DNA of 64,000 bases. It comes from Azolla caroliniana. Lineage: Eukaryota; Plantae; Polypodiophyta. A program made the translations under genes and the position numbers. Every line of letters begins with the position of its first letter. The first letter of the stretch is position 1. This document shows, one piece after another, positions 62,230 through 64,000 of this stretch. The DNA lies in the NCBI GenBank assembly GCA_043228905.1, contig JBHGNT010000008.1, forward strand, positions 6,138,001 to 6,202,000, in the 5' to 3' direction. The notes below the pieces were generated by a model. That model was not told where the DNA came from, searched no databases, and saw nothing but the letters and a program-made list of their open reading frames with translations.

Positions 62230-64000
62230 TATATACCATTGATGTTGGTAAATAACACGGTGGAGCTTGAACAATTGGACTCAACGCATGCACTATTTGT
62301 GTTCCATGATATGCTTGAAGGGGCTGCCATGGTGGCATCGGACACAATTGAATGACAGGTTGATGAGGAACGATCATGTCTCTGACTCCTATGCCCATGC
62401 ATATGAGCCACATGTCACGCTAAGATTAAATAGAATTATGAAAGAAAATTACTAAATGCCTTTAAATACTAGTCCCACATACAATCATATTCGGATATGA
62501 AAAAGAAAACGAGATTAAAATTCAAAGTTTCACAGGTTTAGAGATTTTGAATTCTTTACATAACTCCCACAATTATTAATACCCATGATAATCCAACTTT
62601 TATGGTTATTTAATAGCTTTAGAGAGAATAAACTGACTAATTCAATTCAAATCATGAAAACAAACAGGTGTGTGACACTATAGTAATCAGACAGTTTGAC
62701 AGAAATCAAATGTGTAATGGGACATGGTTCTAATCCCATACCTATTTGTGGCAATGTTGATATTCCTTGCATGGGAACACATTGTAATCCGGCTGACATC
62801 ATTACCGGAGGAAAGACAAAGTTTGATCTCGTACTCATAAGCTGTGCATACCAAATAGATCACAAAATAAGATTTTGTTTTTATTTTTTTGATGATTTTC
62901 TTCTGTAGGTAACTGAAAAATTCTCTTTTGCAGCAGCAATCAAATACCTGCACTTGTGCTTGAAGCATCTTGAGATATTGTATAGCATCATCTAGTATGG
63001 ATGCCTTGTCAGTCTATGAAGAGAAGGAATAATAATCATTAACTAACAAAAAGAAATGATGGAATAACTTAGGATTCAGATAACAAGAGCATTGATTATA
63101 CCTTGGTTGAGTTTGGTATCAAATCTTGCAGAGCCTTTAGCTTTACATTGATCCTATCCCGACGTCTCTGCATATCCAAACATCATAGTGAGACATTCAA
63201 TACAACTCCTGCCATCTTTACAATCTTTACTCTGCATTAACATGAGTCAAACATCACAAATCTTTGCGGATACAAGTCCACAGATAATCACTCACTTTCT
63301 CTGATTCGTTGTGGGTCTCTGCAGCTCTACTCCTCTTTAGATGAGATGGAGGATTTTTTATTGTTATTACATCCTCTACATCCTACACAAATTCAAAAAA
63401 TAACCTTTTCAATAACTTTGAATGAATATAGATTAGTTTACGGGGTAAGAAAAAAAGGTTCATAACCACATTTAAAACAAGATTTGAAACAAGTCAAAAT
63501 GTCAAGACCTGGGATTCTTCATTGCTGCAAATTCTTGTAGGACTTGGATTAATGGAGGCTGATATCATTGACGGAGATGATATCATATCTACCATCCCTG
63601 TCCCACACTCAGAGAGAACAGTGGTACAGCAAGATATTTGATCTGCTCTATCACTCTTGATGCTTGGATTTTGTTCACATTCAGCCATCCGATTTATCCT
63701 CAGTCCTTCAGAACTATGACCCATTGATGATTCCTTACCTTTGGAAGTGACTTGATCAGGGTTGGGAGTGACTTGATCAGGGTGATTATTCGCTAAAGAT
63801 GAGTTTAAACACCTAGTATTGCTTTCTTCTAACGTTTTCTTAGCTTCAGACAGCTGAACATTTGTATCAGGACATGAACAATGAATAGAAGAAGACACTT
63901 CACTTGACAAGATTAGATCCCTTGAAAGAGGTTTTCTGGCTCTCTCGATGTTAGTAGGACCACTTTCGGCACCGAGAATCCTCAGGCTGTCTCGTGTTGC
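62230..64000 (-). CDS. bHLH transcription factor, subfamily VII (PIF/SPATULA/UNE10-like), partial; 5' end beyond the window, true 3' end uncertain
   Basis: Exons >64000-63509, 63382-63296, 63167-63102, 63013-62948 and 62841-about 62742 give RSRAAETHNESEK|RRRDRINVKLKALQDLIPNSTK|TDKASILDDAIQYLKMLQAQVQ|LMS with the typical three-intron pattern. An M/P/Q-rich tail probably continues at about 62230-62420. Confidence 0.88.

Overview
Eukaryotic land-plant nuclear DNA: AT-rich, spliceosomal introns, many (GA)n/(TG)n microsatellites. The TE spectrum suggests a fern or other non-seed plant, but that is inference. I reconstructed four intron-containing host genes by hand: a malectin-like LRR receptor-like kinase (minus, 10036-19260) with a degenerate catalytic loop and one broken splice donor; MAD1 (minus, 24359-34066, 16 exons, about 714 aa); a PGAP3/Per1-like gene (plus, 43002-55982, 5 exons, about 355 aa); and the 3' part of a PIF/SPATULA-class bHLH gene (minus, runs off the right end). 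The rest is mostly TEs: three Ty1/copia elements, one solo LTR plus one LTR-like segment, L1 and RTE-like LINE relics, several hAT non-autonomous elements (three with 8-bp TSDs), and a degenerate intron-containing Sola2-type DDD transposase with satellite-like arrays and a convergent repeat-rich ORF. The most unusual items are the Sola2-like element, the nest (GA)n > RTE LINE > TG..TA copia > hAT MITE in PGAP3 intron 2 with a purine-only splice acceptor context, a near-perfect hairpin split by a hAT insertion, and the pseudokinase RLK with a recently duplicated LRR exon. I found no rRNA, bona fide tRNA, CRISPR array or prokaryotic system. All coordinates were read by eye, and no database search was possible.
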